Source: Macrostomum lignano (lineage: Eukaryota). From it: a stretch of 64,000 bases of DNA. The notes beneath the pieces are model-generated. The model was not told the origin of the DNA. It ran no database searches and saw nothing but the letters and a program-made list of their open reading frames with translations. Position 1 is the stretch's first letter. Each line of letters starts with the position of its first letter. A program made the translations under genes and the position numbers. The stretch covers positions 248,001-312,000 of the forward strand of contig NIVC01000944.1 in assembly GCA_002269645.1 (NCBI GenBank), in the 5' to 3' direction. Below are positions 23,324 through 35,222 of this stretch, piece after piece.

Positions 23324-24950
23324 GCCGCAGTGGTGCTGGTGCCCGGGCTGATGGGCTGGGGCCCCGAGGAGATGGAGACGCCGCACGGTCAGGTGCCGTA
23401 CTGGGACACCGGTGTGGCCGAGGACACGGACAGCTGCGGCCTGCCGCTGCTGCAGGCGTCTGTCGGGCCGGTCAGCTCGCAGCACGACCGCGCCTGCGAG
23501 CTCTTCGCCCAGATGCTCGGCCTGCGCACCGACTTTGGCGCCGAACACTCGGCCGAGTTCGGACATGACCGCTGGGGCTCAGATTTCAGCGGCCGGCCGG
23601 GGCTCTGGCCGGACTGGGGCCCGGACAGCCCATGCCATTTCGTTGGACACTCGGCCGGAGGGAATACGATAAGGTTAGTCCGGGGCCCGAATCCTCTACC
23701 TTTGTGATTGGCGCCTATAGAGTGGGGATCGAATCCCGTAGCTTTGGGATCAACGCCTATACAGTGGGGATCGAATCCCGTAGCTTTGGGATTAGCGCCT
23801 ATACAGTGGGGATCGAATCCCGTAGCTTTGGGATTAGCGCCTATAGAGTGGGGATCGAATCCCGTAGCTTTGGGATCAACGCCTATACAGTGGGGATCGA
23901 ATCCCGTAGCTTTGGGATTAGCGCCTATAGAGTGGGGATCGAATCCCGTAGCTTTGGGATTAACGCCTATAGAGTGGGGATCGAACCCTGTAGCTTTGGG
24001 ATTAGCGCCTATAGAGTGGGGATCGAATCCTATAGCTTTGTGATTAACGCCTATAGAGTGGGGATCGAACCCTGTAGCTTTGGGATTAACGCCTATAGAT
24101 TGGGGATCGAATCATGTAGCTTTGGGATTAGCGCCTATAGAGTGGGGATCGAATCCCGTAGCTTTGGGATTAGCGCCTATAGAGTGGGGATCGAATCCCG
24201 TAGCTTTGGGATTAGCGCCTATAGAGTGGGGATCGAATCCCGTAGCTTTGTGATTAACGCCTATAGAGTGGGGATCGAACCCTGTAGCTTTGGGATTAAC
24301 GCCTATAGATTGGGGATCGAATCATGTAGCTTTGGGATTAGCGCCTATAGAGTGGGGATCGAATCCCGTAGCTTTGGGATTAGCGCCTATAGAGTGGGGA
24401 TCGAATCCCGTAGCTTTGGGATTAGCGCCTATAGAGTGGGGATCGAATCCCGTAGCTTTGGGATTAACGTCTAAAGAGTGGGGATCGAATCCCGTAGATT
24501 GAAGATTGAATCCCACAGATTAATGATCGTGGACCATGGATTGAGGATAAATTGCCATGTGGGGATAAATTTCCAGAGGCTAGAGATCTATATAAGAAAT
24601 TGTAGCACTTCTGACAATCGCGATGCCCCCCAAACCCCGGCAGGCTGCTGCAGCACCTCTTGGCCACGGACTTCTGGGGCAGGGGCACCAGTGCGGCCTG
24701 GGTAAAGTCCGTCACCTGCATCGCCAGCCCGCTGAACGGGTCTACGGCCACCTACCTGTACGGCTCCAGCCGGGACACCGGGCTGTTCCAGTGGCCCAGC
24801 CTGGTGCCGCTGGTCAGCTGCGTGGAGCTCATCGAGACTCTGCAGGGAGTGCCGAGCGAGCGGCGGGGCCGCCTGCGACACTGGCGGCTGGAGCACTGGG
24901 GCGTTGAGAATGAGGATTTCAGGTGGGCTGAGCTGACTGACTTACTGACT

Positions 24951-24982
<32 letters not shown>

Positions 24983-25058
24983 GACTGACTGACTGACTGA
25001 CTGACTGACTGACTGACTGACTGACTGACTGACTGACTGACTGACTGACTGACTGATT

Positions 25059-25090
<32 letters not shown>

Positions 25091-25952
25091 GACTGACTGA
25101 CTGACTGACTGACTGACTGACTGACTGACTGACTGACTGACTGACTGACTGACTGACTGACTGACTGACTGACTGACTGACTGACTGACTGACTGACTGA
25201 CTGACTGACTGACTGACTGACTGACACTCCCATCCCGCAGGTCCTACTCCCGCCTGAATGCCAAGCTGCGCGGCCCCAGCCGGGTCTTCCTGACCGGCAA
25301 GGACAACCTGTCCTACGACATCAGCCTGGAGGGCGCCCTGGAGCTCAACGGCAGGATCGGCGCCGACCAGCCCGACTGCCACTACCTCAGCGTCCTCACC
25401 TGCTGCACCTCCTCTGCGCTTGGTGGCTTCGTACGGCCCTCTGGCCACTGCGGCGCCTTCCTCCTGCTGCCCTGCGCCTTCATGTGCGCCGAGCGCGTCG
25501 ACCACCGCCTGCCCGGCGCCGACGTCGCCGACTGGCGCCACAACGACGGCCTCGTGCCGCTGGGCAGCCAGCGCATGCCGTTTTTTGGCGCCAAGCGGCC
25601 GGCGCCGATTCAGCTGGACGGCGACGATGGTGCCGGCGGCGACACGCCGGACAGCAGCAGCAGCAGCTGGCGCCTCAGCGAGGCCGGCCGCTGGCACTGC
25701 GTGTGGGCCAACCGCCTGGCCGGCGACTCCGGCACCGACTGGGACCACAACGACCCCGTGTTCGGCCGCTCCCTCATCTGGGAGCCGCCGCGCCAGCGCT
25801 GGAGTTTCACCGCCGCTCTGCTAGACGGCGCCGCTGCCGCCGCGCGCTGGCTGGGGCTGCGCCGGGAGGGCGGCAGCTTCGCCAAGGTGGCGCGGGACAA
25901 ACAGAAGACTTTCTATGAGAGACTGTACCGGCTGCTGGCCGAGATCCCCTGA
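23324..25952 (+). CDS. Alpha/beta-hydrolase triacylglycerol lipase of the staphylococcal/Geobacillus (family I.5/I.6)-like type; exons 23324-23673, 24644-24922, 25241-25952; first exon not identified
   Basis: Motifs VVLVPGLMGWG...YW, HDRACELFAQ, GHSAGG (nucleophile Ser), SVTCIASPLNGS, YDISLEGALELN, WRHNDGLVPLGSQ (Asp), DWDH (His). Both introns are phase-2 consistent. Confidence 0.85.
23715..24500. repeat. 42-bp (21+21) minisatellite in lipase intron
   Basis: GGGATCGAATCCCGTAGCTTTGGGATTAGCGCCTATAGAGTG, about 18 copies. Confidence 0.95.
24932..25225. repeat. (CTGA)n microsatellite filling the lipase intron 24923-25240
   Basis: About 73 copies. Confidence 0.98.
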
Positions 25953-25984
25953 CTGTACCGGCTGCTGGCCGAGATCCCCTGACT

Positions 25985-26450
25985 AGGATCTCATTCTGTA
26001 TCTGTGGGATCTCATTCTGTGTCTGTGGGATCTCATTCTGTATCTGTGTGATCTCATTCTGTATCTGTGGGATCTCATTCTGTGTCTGTGGGACCTCATT
26101 CTGTATCTGTGTGATCTCATTCTGTATCTGTGGGATCTCATTCTGTGTCTGTGGGACCTCATTCTGTATCTGTGGGATCTCATTCTGTGTCTGTGGGATC
26201 TCATTCTGTATCTGTGTGATCTCATTCTGTATCTGTGGGATCTCATTTTGTGTCTGTGGGACCTCATTCTGTATCTGTGTGATCTCATTCTGTATCTGTG
26301 TGATCTCATTCTGTATCTGTGGGATCTCAGTCTATCTGTGGGATCTCATTCTGTATCTCTGGGATCTCAGTCTATCTGTGGGATCTCAGTCTATCTGTGG
26401 GATCTCATCAAATCTGTGAGATCTCATCAAATCTGTGGGATCTCATCATT
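25985..26450. repeat. 21-bp minisatellite GGGATCTCATTCTGTATCTGT downstream of the lipase stop
   Basis: About 22 variant copies. Confidence 0.95.
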
Positions 26451-27639
26451 CGCATGGGGATCCAAACGTGTTTTTATTCAGCAATTCTCAGCCAGCCTGT
26501 CACTGCCCGGGTCAGTGGCTCATTGATTTATGAGTTTGCAATTCCCTCTGACGAATCAAACTGATTGCCCTTGACAGATTGATAAGCATAAGTATTGTGT
26601 TTTTATTTCAAGCGAGTGCATTTCCACTGCAATTTTCAATCCCCTGCAAGGGAAACCTTTCTGTTCTATTCAAATTATTTTTATATTGAATAACTTTTCT
26701 GATTAATTTGTCCTCTAATCTAGATTTTGTTTTGAGATACCGCACGGAAGTCGTTAGCACTGAGCTGTGATTTTTGAGCCCGAGCTCGGGAGTTTTAATT
26801 ACATCGAATATAAATACTTTTATTCAGTTTTCTGTTCGAGTGCAGAAGTACCGATTTGTGGCTGCGATGTTCATAAACCTGAGTTGTTTTTGACGGCTTT
26901 AATATTCACTCTTATATTTCTTTTCTGATCGCAGGGGTCGCTTATCCAGCCGCTATATGTACATGTGAATGATAGGCTTCTTACTAATCTTTTAATCTTT
27001 TAATAATTAAAAGATTATGTGAATAGTAATTATTAAAATATTTTTTAGACTAATTGGCGCAAGGGGCTAGCCCCTCAATTTCCCTTAATGTATTGCTGTG
27101 ACTTTTTATGCAAATAAAGTAGAGTTGAAAACGCTTAATTGAAGTTTGTAATTAACGAGAGAGGCCTGAGGCTAGAGAGCCCGTGCGCGAGCCTAAATAA
27201 CTGATTTGCCGATTTATTGATTTCATAGATAAGAGATGTGCGGGGTTGAATGTACATTTATAAGAAGAAAGATAAGCGATGGACGACAGGGGGTGGCGTG
27301 CATGGGTGGCCGAGGTGCTGATCAATTAAGAATGGATGGTAGGCAGAGAGGGGAGCAAGTGCAGGCGCACTCATACTCAAATAACAATTTAGCGACATGT
27401 ATTTTTTATGCCTCTCAGGGGGAAATTCTATTATTTCAATCCTATTTCGAGTTATCCTGGTCATAACTTTACACAAATGATCATTTAAAAGTGCCTCCTT
27501 GAATGCCCCTAGCCCTTAGGGGTCCCCTAGATTGCCACTAAGCCATTTTCTACTGGGAGACGATCGAGGATCAACGCCAACTTCGACCAGCTCAAGGAGC
27601 TGCTGATGAAGTAATTCCAGCTTGATCCCGCCCCAGTAC

Positions 27640-29990
27640 CAGGAAGCTGGTAAAAGCCAACATCCTGGAGCTGACCGTCTCCTGACTGCTGGGCCTGCCT
27701 GCACAACCGCGGCGCCGGCAGAGGCCGCCGACGGCCGCTGGTTCGGTGCGCTTCGGACGCCTCGAAGACTTCGGCGATTCAGGCCGAGGACTCGAACAGC
27801 TGGCAAAGTAAAAAACTGGGATCATCACTTTCAGAGACCAAGTTTTCTGCAAGCCGCGTCCTCTCTGTTTCCTACTCCTATCCGCGTCTAATTGCACTCA
27901 AACCCCAAGAATAATGCCTTAAATATACTGACTTGGGCCCGGCGCCGCCCTACCTGCCTGACTCCTGAGAATTTAGTCTCGTCTGTTTCAACATTACAAG
28001 CTAATTAAATACTCGTACTTCGAGTATAAGTTCACTCAATTCTCTGTACCAGCAAAGTACACAGCAGCCAAGTCGGAGTTTGACAAACTGCAAATGGGCG
28101 TCGTTCGACCGTCCTGCAGTCCGTGGGCTTCGCCGCTTCCCATGGTCAAGATAGCTGACGGACCCTGGAGACTGCAGCGAATACCGCGCCCTGAACAGCG
28201 CTGAAATTACCGACAGGTATCCACTCCCGCATAGCCAACATTTTCACCACCAACTCCATGGTAGCCAAATCCTCAGCAAACTTGATTTAGTCAAAGCTTA
28301 CCACTCGCAAAAAACCACAATCTGTACATCGTTTGTTTCTTTCAAGTATGTCAGGATGCCGTTTGGTTCGCACCCCTCCGGTTGATACCTTCCAACGCTT
28401 CATCGACTCTCGGAGTCGGAGAGCGACCACAACCGGGACGTTCGGGTTGTCCTACAACGCTTTCATAAAGAGGGCCTTCGAGTTCAGCCGACCAAATGCC
28501 AATTCTTCCAAAGCAGCATCGAGTTCCTCGGTCACCCTGATCTCAGCAGTTGAAATCCAGCCACTTCCGTCCCGTGCGGCAGCGCTGCGCCAAATTTCGC
28601 CGCCCAAGAGATTTCAAAAGCCTGCAGCGAGTGCTTGGTATGTTTGGGTTCGACCAATTTCATGTCCTGAACTACGCCAGAATCGTGCATCCCCTTCAGT
28701 CGCTATCTGAAGCAGACTAAAACTGACAGCCCAAGCATAATACCGCTCTCCGAGAACTGCAAGACGGGAAGCAGGCAGCGACGACTCTAGTAGGTTTGTT
28801 CATTCACAATCACAACGGAAGCGAGCTCTTTCGCCATAGGCGCCAGTCTACATCAGGTCGCGGACGGCGATTCAACACACATCGCATTCTAACTCGCGAA
28901 ATCTCACCTGCACGGAGATGTCCTATAGCGTGTTGTACTTTCTGCTTCCGTCCGTGCGGACCGCAGACGGGGTGATCAGGGGTTCGGGTACTGGACTGCC
29001 CAGACCTTGCCGGGTGGGATAGGCGAGAGAGTGGCGACCCCCGAGGCGTACGGACACTTCGAGGCGGAGGTGGAGAGGCTGGGAGCGTACAGACACTCGG
29101 CCAGCCCCACGGAGAGAGAGATGCAGATGAGGAGGCTGTGAGCAGGTAGCCACTCAGCAGCAAAAGCAGATGTGAGCACGGGTCTGGAGGTGTACAGACA
29201 CTTCGCAGACCCGAAGGAAGACGGTGGCGAGAGAGGTGAATAATGGAGACGGGACAAATTAACGAAAGCGAATGCTGTCTTACCGTGCGGGTCACTTGTC
29301 GCGCTCATGCAGGCGTGGCCTCTAATATCTCAGCCTAATATCTAATATCTAATATTGAATGTATTTCAATTTCAAACTTCACTTTCACTCAAACACGCGT
29401 AGAGCTAGAGTTGTAGAGAGAGAGCAGGGAGGGCGAGGGCCGTGCGCGCACATAAATACTGGGTGAGCACTGAGCAGGGGACTGGAGGCTTAGCCACGCA
29501 GGGCTGGGGGTGGGGGCAAAACTCAGAGTTGAAGGGCGAGAGGGAAGGCTAGCCAATCAGGTGCCTCCGCGGCGAGACACATGATTGGACTAGCCCACGC
29601 GAGAGAGAGATGAAAATACGCCAGCCAATGAAAATGTGGGCTGATCAAAATGAGAACAAAAATGAATAGCAGCTTTAGACGGAGGGGGCAAGCCAGAAAA
29701 AACCAGTGGCAGGGAGAGGAGGGGCGGAGAGCGCAGGGGTCGGGGCAAGGGCATTGCGAGGCGCAGCTCACAACAAGCGCATTCGACTGCGAGCTTCTCG
29801 GCGTGTTCGCCGCGGTCAAGACGTGGCGATACCTACGAGCGTAATTCAATGACATTCAACAACCGTTTTCTGCGACCACAAGCCACTAATCGGAGCTTTT
29901 TACAGCAACAAAGAGCGCCTCTCTGATCGGCAGAATCGACAACTCGCCACGAGCATAATCCAGGTAAAAAACGATAAAGGCCTTAAATTT
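27640..29990 (+). pseudogene. Decayed Ty3/Gypsy LTR-retrotransposon pol (RT and RNase H), interrupted by a solo LTR
   Basis: Fragmented frames give SPWASPLPMVK, DRYPLP, SKLDLVKAYH, RMPFG, TFQRFID, EFLGH, EASSFAIGASLHQ, YS|AFDCELL and CDHKPL. Many indels. The 5' boundary is approximate. Confidence 0.85.
28931..29775 (-). mobile_element. Solo LTR, 845 bp
   Basis: Termini TGTTGT...ACAACA; 4-bp TSD AGCG at 28927-28930 and 29776-29779. Removing it rejoins the RNase H YSAFDCELL motif. Orientation is inferred from CCAAT boxes preceding a TATA-like TATTTAT on -. Confidence 0.85.
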
Positions 29991-30667
29991 TTTTTATCTT
30001 TACATTAACGGCGGTCACGCAGCTGTCTCACATTACGAGCTGCACGCTGGGCAACTTCTTTCATAGAATGAAAAAAAATTAAAAGTTTTTCTTCGTATTA
30101 TAACAAACTTCTTAAAAAGGTCTTTTTTCTCAGTTTTTACAACTCAATATAGCAATTGACGCAAAACGCATTCTGCCTTTTTGACTGTTTATAGTGATGG
30201 GACCGGAATTATAAAGACAGATCTACAGGTCTTCAACTTGTCGTACATGTAACTCTTTCTAATCTGTGCTGTACTCTCCGTGACGCTCTCAATACTACTC
30301 CAAAGGAGCTAGTAGTTAGAGTTAGGGTATGTGGTTAGTAAGGAGAGAATGAAGTGCCGGCGAGTTGGGCAAGGTTAGGGCGAGAAGAATTCCTTCCCCA
30401 CATCTCTATCTTACCAAATGGCAAGCACTGCATGCCATAGACAATTTAGATCTGCGCTGTACACTTCGAATTTCAAAACAGTTGCTTTATTATGGACAGG
30501 CAAGAAAACACTTTCTCAACAGGAGAAGTGACATCTTTGACTGGAGAATAGTCTATGGCCAACCTAGAAAAAAGGCAAGAGGGAGGGAATACAGGCATGA
30601 AAAGTTAACTGCAAGAATTTTTACTGGTGCCTCCTTAGCTCACCACCCCAACTTACCAAATCTTACA

Positions 30668-32794
30668 ATGCAAGCGGTCAGACAGCGACGGCAAGCAGCC
30701 AAGCAAGCCTTGCGAAACTTGGGCCTCGACAGCGAATCGAGCGATGATTCGAGCTATGACTCATTTTTCACTGCCGAGAGCGAGGGAGAGGACGGTGACG
30801 AAAATCAAGAAGGCAACGATGGACCGGAGGAAGACGATCAGGGAATGATGCACGATGATTGGAGATCAGTAACTCCAGAGACCGATGCTCGAGCTAATTC
30901 CCTTCCCGAGTTCCTCGGGGCAAGCGGAGTCAATCCGGGATTCTCCGTACCTGCTGATGTTGACGACGGCTGGACAGCCTTTTTCGAGCAATTTTTACCC
31001 GATGAGTTGCTGCTTCAGATGTGCATGTGGACAAACAAGAGAGCGCAGCTGGACATTGCCAAGTTTCAAGAAGAACACGGAGATGATGAACTGCCTTACG
31101 GGCTCAGAACGTGGAAGCCCTGCACTGTTTCTGAGATGAAGAAGGTGATCGGCGTTATATTATATACCGGAGTTGTACAGAAACCGGAGGTGACGGCTTA
31201 CTGGTCCACGGACCCGTTTTACTTTCATCCCTACTTTCAAAGCATGAAGATGCTTCCTCGCTCGCGGTTTCAACAAATCATGTCATGGCTGCGTTGCTAT
31301 GACTGTCTTGACTTCGACGCTGGTGATCCCTTGTGCAAGATCAGGCCGTTCCTAGACATGGTCCAGACAGTTTGCAAGAACAGCTACCTGCCCGGTCAAA
31401 GCATTGCCGTTGATGAAGCGCTGCTGCTCTATAAAGGGAGGCTGATTTTTAAGCAGTACATGCCCAACAAGAGAGCCAAGTTTGGCATTAAATTGTACTG
31501 CCTTGCAGAGTCTTCTACAGGCTACATGTGGAACTATCTGATACATTCAACCACCATTGCGAATGAACAGTTCGGCAACGATGTGCCGCAGCTCTCAATC
31601 AGTGAGAGAGTCGTCGTAGAACTTTGTCGCGACATTCTGGACCTTGGATATCGGGTCTTTTGCGACAGTTGGTTTTCATCGGTGCGACTGGCCAAGTTCC
31701 TTCTGACCAGAGGAACAACCTTTTTTTTTTATTAGAGGCAGGGGGGTTGTGTGCACCCTGGCGCACTTTAAGCGACATTGGCACACAACCGGCGAGAGGC
31801 ATTACTGCCCATTCCGCCGACTCCCCTGAGCAGGCACACAAGCGCGCGGATACGTACGCAGGCACACACTCACACAGGAGTGTACAGCGGCCCTAACTTT
31901 ATTTTATCGCTAGGCATGTACACTTCACTGCGCCTTGGGGGGTTGGCTCTCAAGGCCGTTAATTGCACGAGCAGAGCCAAGCCGAGATTCCAATTCAGCC
32001 CCAAATTAATGTGACTGCACTTGGAATCGAGCCTGGGTCGCTGGCACACCAGAGCAGCTGCGCTACCGCTGGGCTACGGCCCCCCCTGAGGAACAACCTT
32101 AACTGGGACCGTTCGCAAAGACCGAGGCGTTCCACCGATTCTGCGAGATATGCTCTTGCAACCACCGAGTCATTCCTTTGCCCGACATGGTGACATCCTT
32201 GCTGTGAAGCTGGTTGACAGGCGAAGCTCAGGAACAAAGACGGTCTATCTGTTGGACTCCTCTTCAACAGCTGCTAGCTCTTTGGTTAGCCGGGTACTGC
32301 GCGGTGGTGTGGAGCATCAGCTCCTGAAGCCCAACTCGGTGTTGCAATATAATCAGAACATGGGAAGTGTGGATCGGATGGATGCCGCAGCCCAGCCTTA
32401 CAGCGCATGCCGCCGAACGCACAAATGGTTCGTAAAGCTGGCGGTGTTTCTGCTACAGCAGCTGGTTCGCAACTCCTGGATTGTGTACCGACATCTAGGT
32501 GGATCCATGAGCTTTCTCAGCTACACTGAAAGGTGTATAAAGCACTTGATTGAAAGCAGCGGAAATGGTCGATCGAGAGTTAAGCGTCAGGCTCTTCCCC
32601 GTAAGCCAGGCGACATTCATCACCGGCTGGAAAAGCTATCCGCTACCGCAGCACAAGAACGGCCTACCAAGCGTTGCCGAGTTTGTTACCAGCGCAGACT
32701 GAAAAAGCGGACCGTCTACTTCTGCCAAGGCTGTGACGGTCAGCCTGGGCTTTGCCTGGAGCCGTGCTTCTTTGAGTGGCACTCGGCTAACTGA
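30668..32794 (+). pseudogene. piggyBac transposase split by a SINE insertion
   Basis: DDD residues in AVDEALL, FCDSWFSS and YNQNMGSVDRMD; KYGIK-like KFGIKLY; C-terminal cysteine-rich domain CRVC...CQGC...LCLEPCFFEWH. Removing the SINE and one TSD restores the frame (LTRGTTLTGTVRKDR...MLLQPP). Confidence 0.92.
31723..32087 (-). mobile_element. tRNA-derived SINE, copy 2
   Basis: Same sequence as 4393-4755 with a few substitutions; 13-bp TSD GAGGAACAACCTT at 31710-31722 and 32088-32100. Confidence 0.92.
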
Positions 32795-33335
32795 TTGCTG
32801 GCGCTTTGCTGAAACTGTAATCGAACTGTTGCTAAAATTATTTTCATTCACTTGCATGCAGCTTCATTTGCCCTTATGTTCTCAAGATTTACCTTTGTGC
32901 ATGCAATGTATGTCGTTTTCTATTTGTTTTGTGACACTCCGACGCAGTATGACAATACAAACAGTTTTTTGGCCTTGGCATGCATAGCATTCCATTTGGT
33001 TGAGTCAGACAATGATTCTGTCTAAACTCGCTTTCCCATCGACTTCAAATCTGTATATGGTCAATTGACAGAATGAACGATGGCATGCACAGCATGCCAC
33101 TGGAAATCATAAGGTTAATACGCGAAATAACAGAGATAGAGAAAATGGCAGAGATTTTAGGGTGCTCAACGCACCCAATGCACTCTGGTTTGTGGTGGGG
33201 GTTTGGTTGGAGTAGATATTTCCAGGTTTGAGATTTTTGTTTTTTTTTTAGTTTTTCGGGACTGGGTCAAGGTTAGGGGTTAAGTTCAGTTTCAGAGAAA
33301 GAGGAGCTTAACCGGCAGACAGGCAGTAAGAGAAG

Positions 33336-33915
<580 letters not shown>

Positions 33916-34709
33916 AAATCAGATAGGCCAAAAAGCAGATGAGTGATAGACAGACCGAATGACGGCGAAGGACAAACAGAAGAGCGGAGAAGAGGGATCA
34001 CAAAGTTAAAAATACACTCGTAGATATTAAGCAGATAAAAATGTGCAGGTATTAGAGATATTTCAAAATGACAAATATTACAAATATTACGGGCCAGGAG
34101 TAAAAAAGTTTTTTGTTGATTTCAAGGCCTTTATGTTCAATAGATGGAATGGCAGCAAAGATTTTGCGCTGCTTTGCGCGCATATTTATATTTACAAGAT
34201 TCAGGGGGCCAAGGGGGGTGCGAAAAGGTGGCGTGATAAACTTAGACATAGGTTGGGGGTTGCAAGTGCGGCTGCACTGGTGCTGGCCGGTCACGTATAT
34301 TCTGGCCGTCACAGTACAGAATAATACGAGCTCGCAGAATAAGGATTTTTCGGAGATTTAAGTTTTTTTCGTTTTTAGACTTCGGGCTTTTGGTTAGAGA
34401 TACTGCTGGTGTAATACTTAAGCTCTGGGCTTAGCTTTTAGTATGGATAGAGAAGAGAACTTGTCTTCATTTCAGCTATGTACAAGTGACGAGGCTTTAT
34501 GCTCTCGGCACGGAACACTAACCCTGCTGAAGCCCCATTCTCTTAACTTAGCGCAGACTTTACTGTACTAATTTTTTCTCTCTGGGGCCTCTGCTTCAGT
34601 GTGGTGTCTTGGTAAGAAGTTTTCATTGTGTTCTTTAAGACACGCGAAGCACAAGGCCGAAATCATGGTTCTGATGCATGATGAGAAGCAGAAAATGTAC
34701 ATAGCTGTC

Positions 34710-35017
34710 AGTAGTAGTGTTATATAAGGGGTTGCGCCACACTTATTGCTCGGGCGCATTGCGCGCCAGCTCGCTGGATGACTCAGCCCCTTATAACATA
34801 CTACTACTACCAGGAGGTCATGGATTCAAGTGGGGTGTGATATGTAAATATATATATATATCTGTGAGTGAGGGTGTTGGGGGTGAGGGCATGTGGGGGC
34901 ATTGGCTTGTGGAATATTTCACAGAACACAGAATTTCCGGAATTTTTATACTTTTAAAAAGGGGGGGTGCCCTCGCCCTCATGCCCTCACTCATTTTGAA
35001 AATCACTAAAAATAAGT
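34710..35017 (+). repeat. Left terminal inverted repeat of the Polinton-like element
   Basis: Reverse complement of 48363-48669 with roughly 7-8 differences by eye. Confidence 0.95.
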
Positions 35018-35222
35018 GAAAAATGACTAAAAACAGGTGAAAATGGTCTGAAAACAGCGATTTTTTGTGATTTTCAAAAATTTTGAAAAAGTGCAATTTT
35101 CACGATTCCAGCTCTAAAACCATGAGAAAAGTTGGATTCACGGGTCAATTTAATGCAATTTCAGATATATACAATATGAAAGTGTCATCTAATTTAACGA
35201 TAGTAAATTTTATAAATATAAA

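Larger units (their letters stand above)
30410..33114 (+). mobile_element. piggyBac (PGBD4-like) DNA transposon; right end intact, left terminus not found
   Basis: Right end ...GAAATCATAAGG|TTAA (TTAA at 33115-33118). Subterminal inverted pair CCAAATGGCAAGCACTGCATGCCA (~30414-30437) and TGGCATGCATAGCATTCCATTTGG (~32977-33000). Confidence 0.75.
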
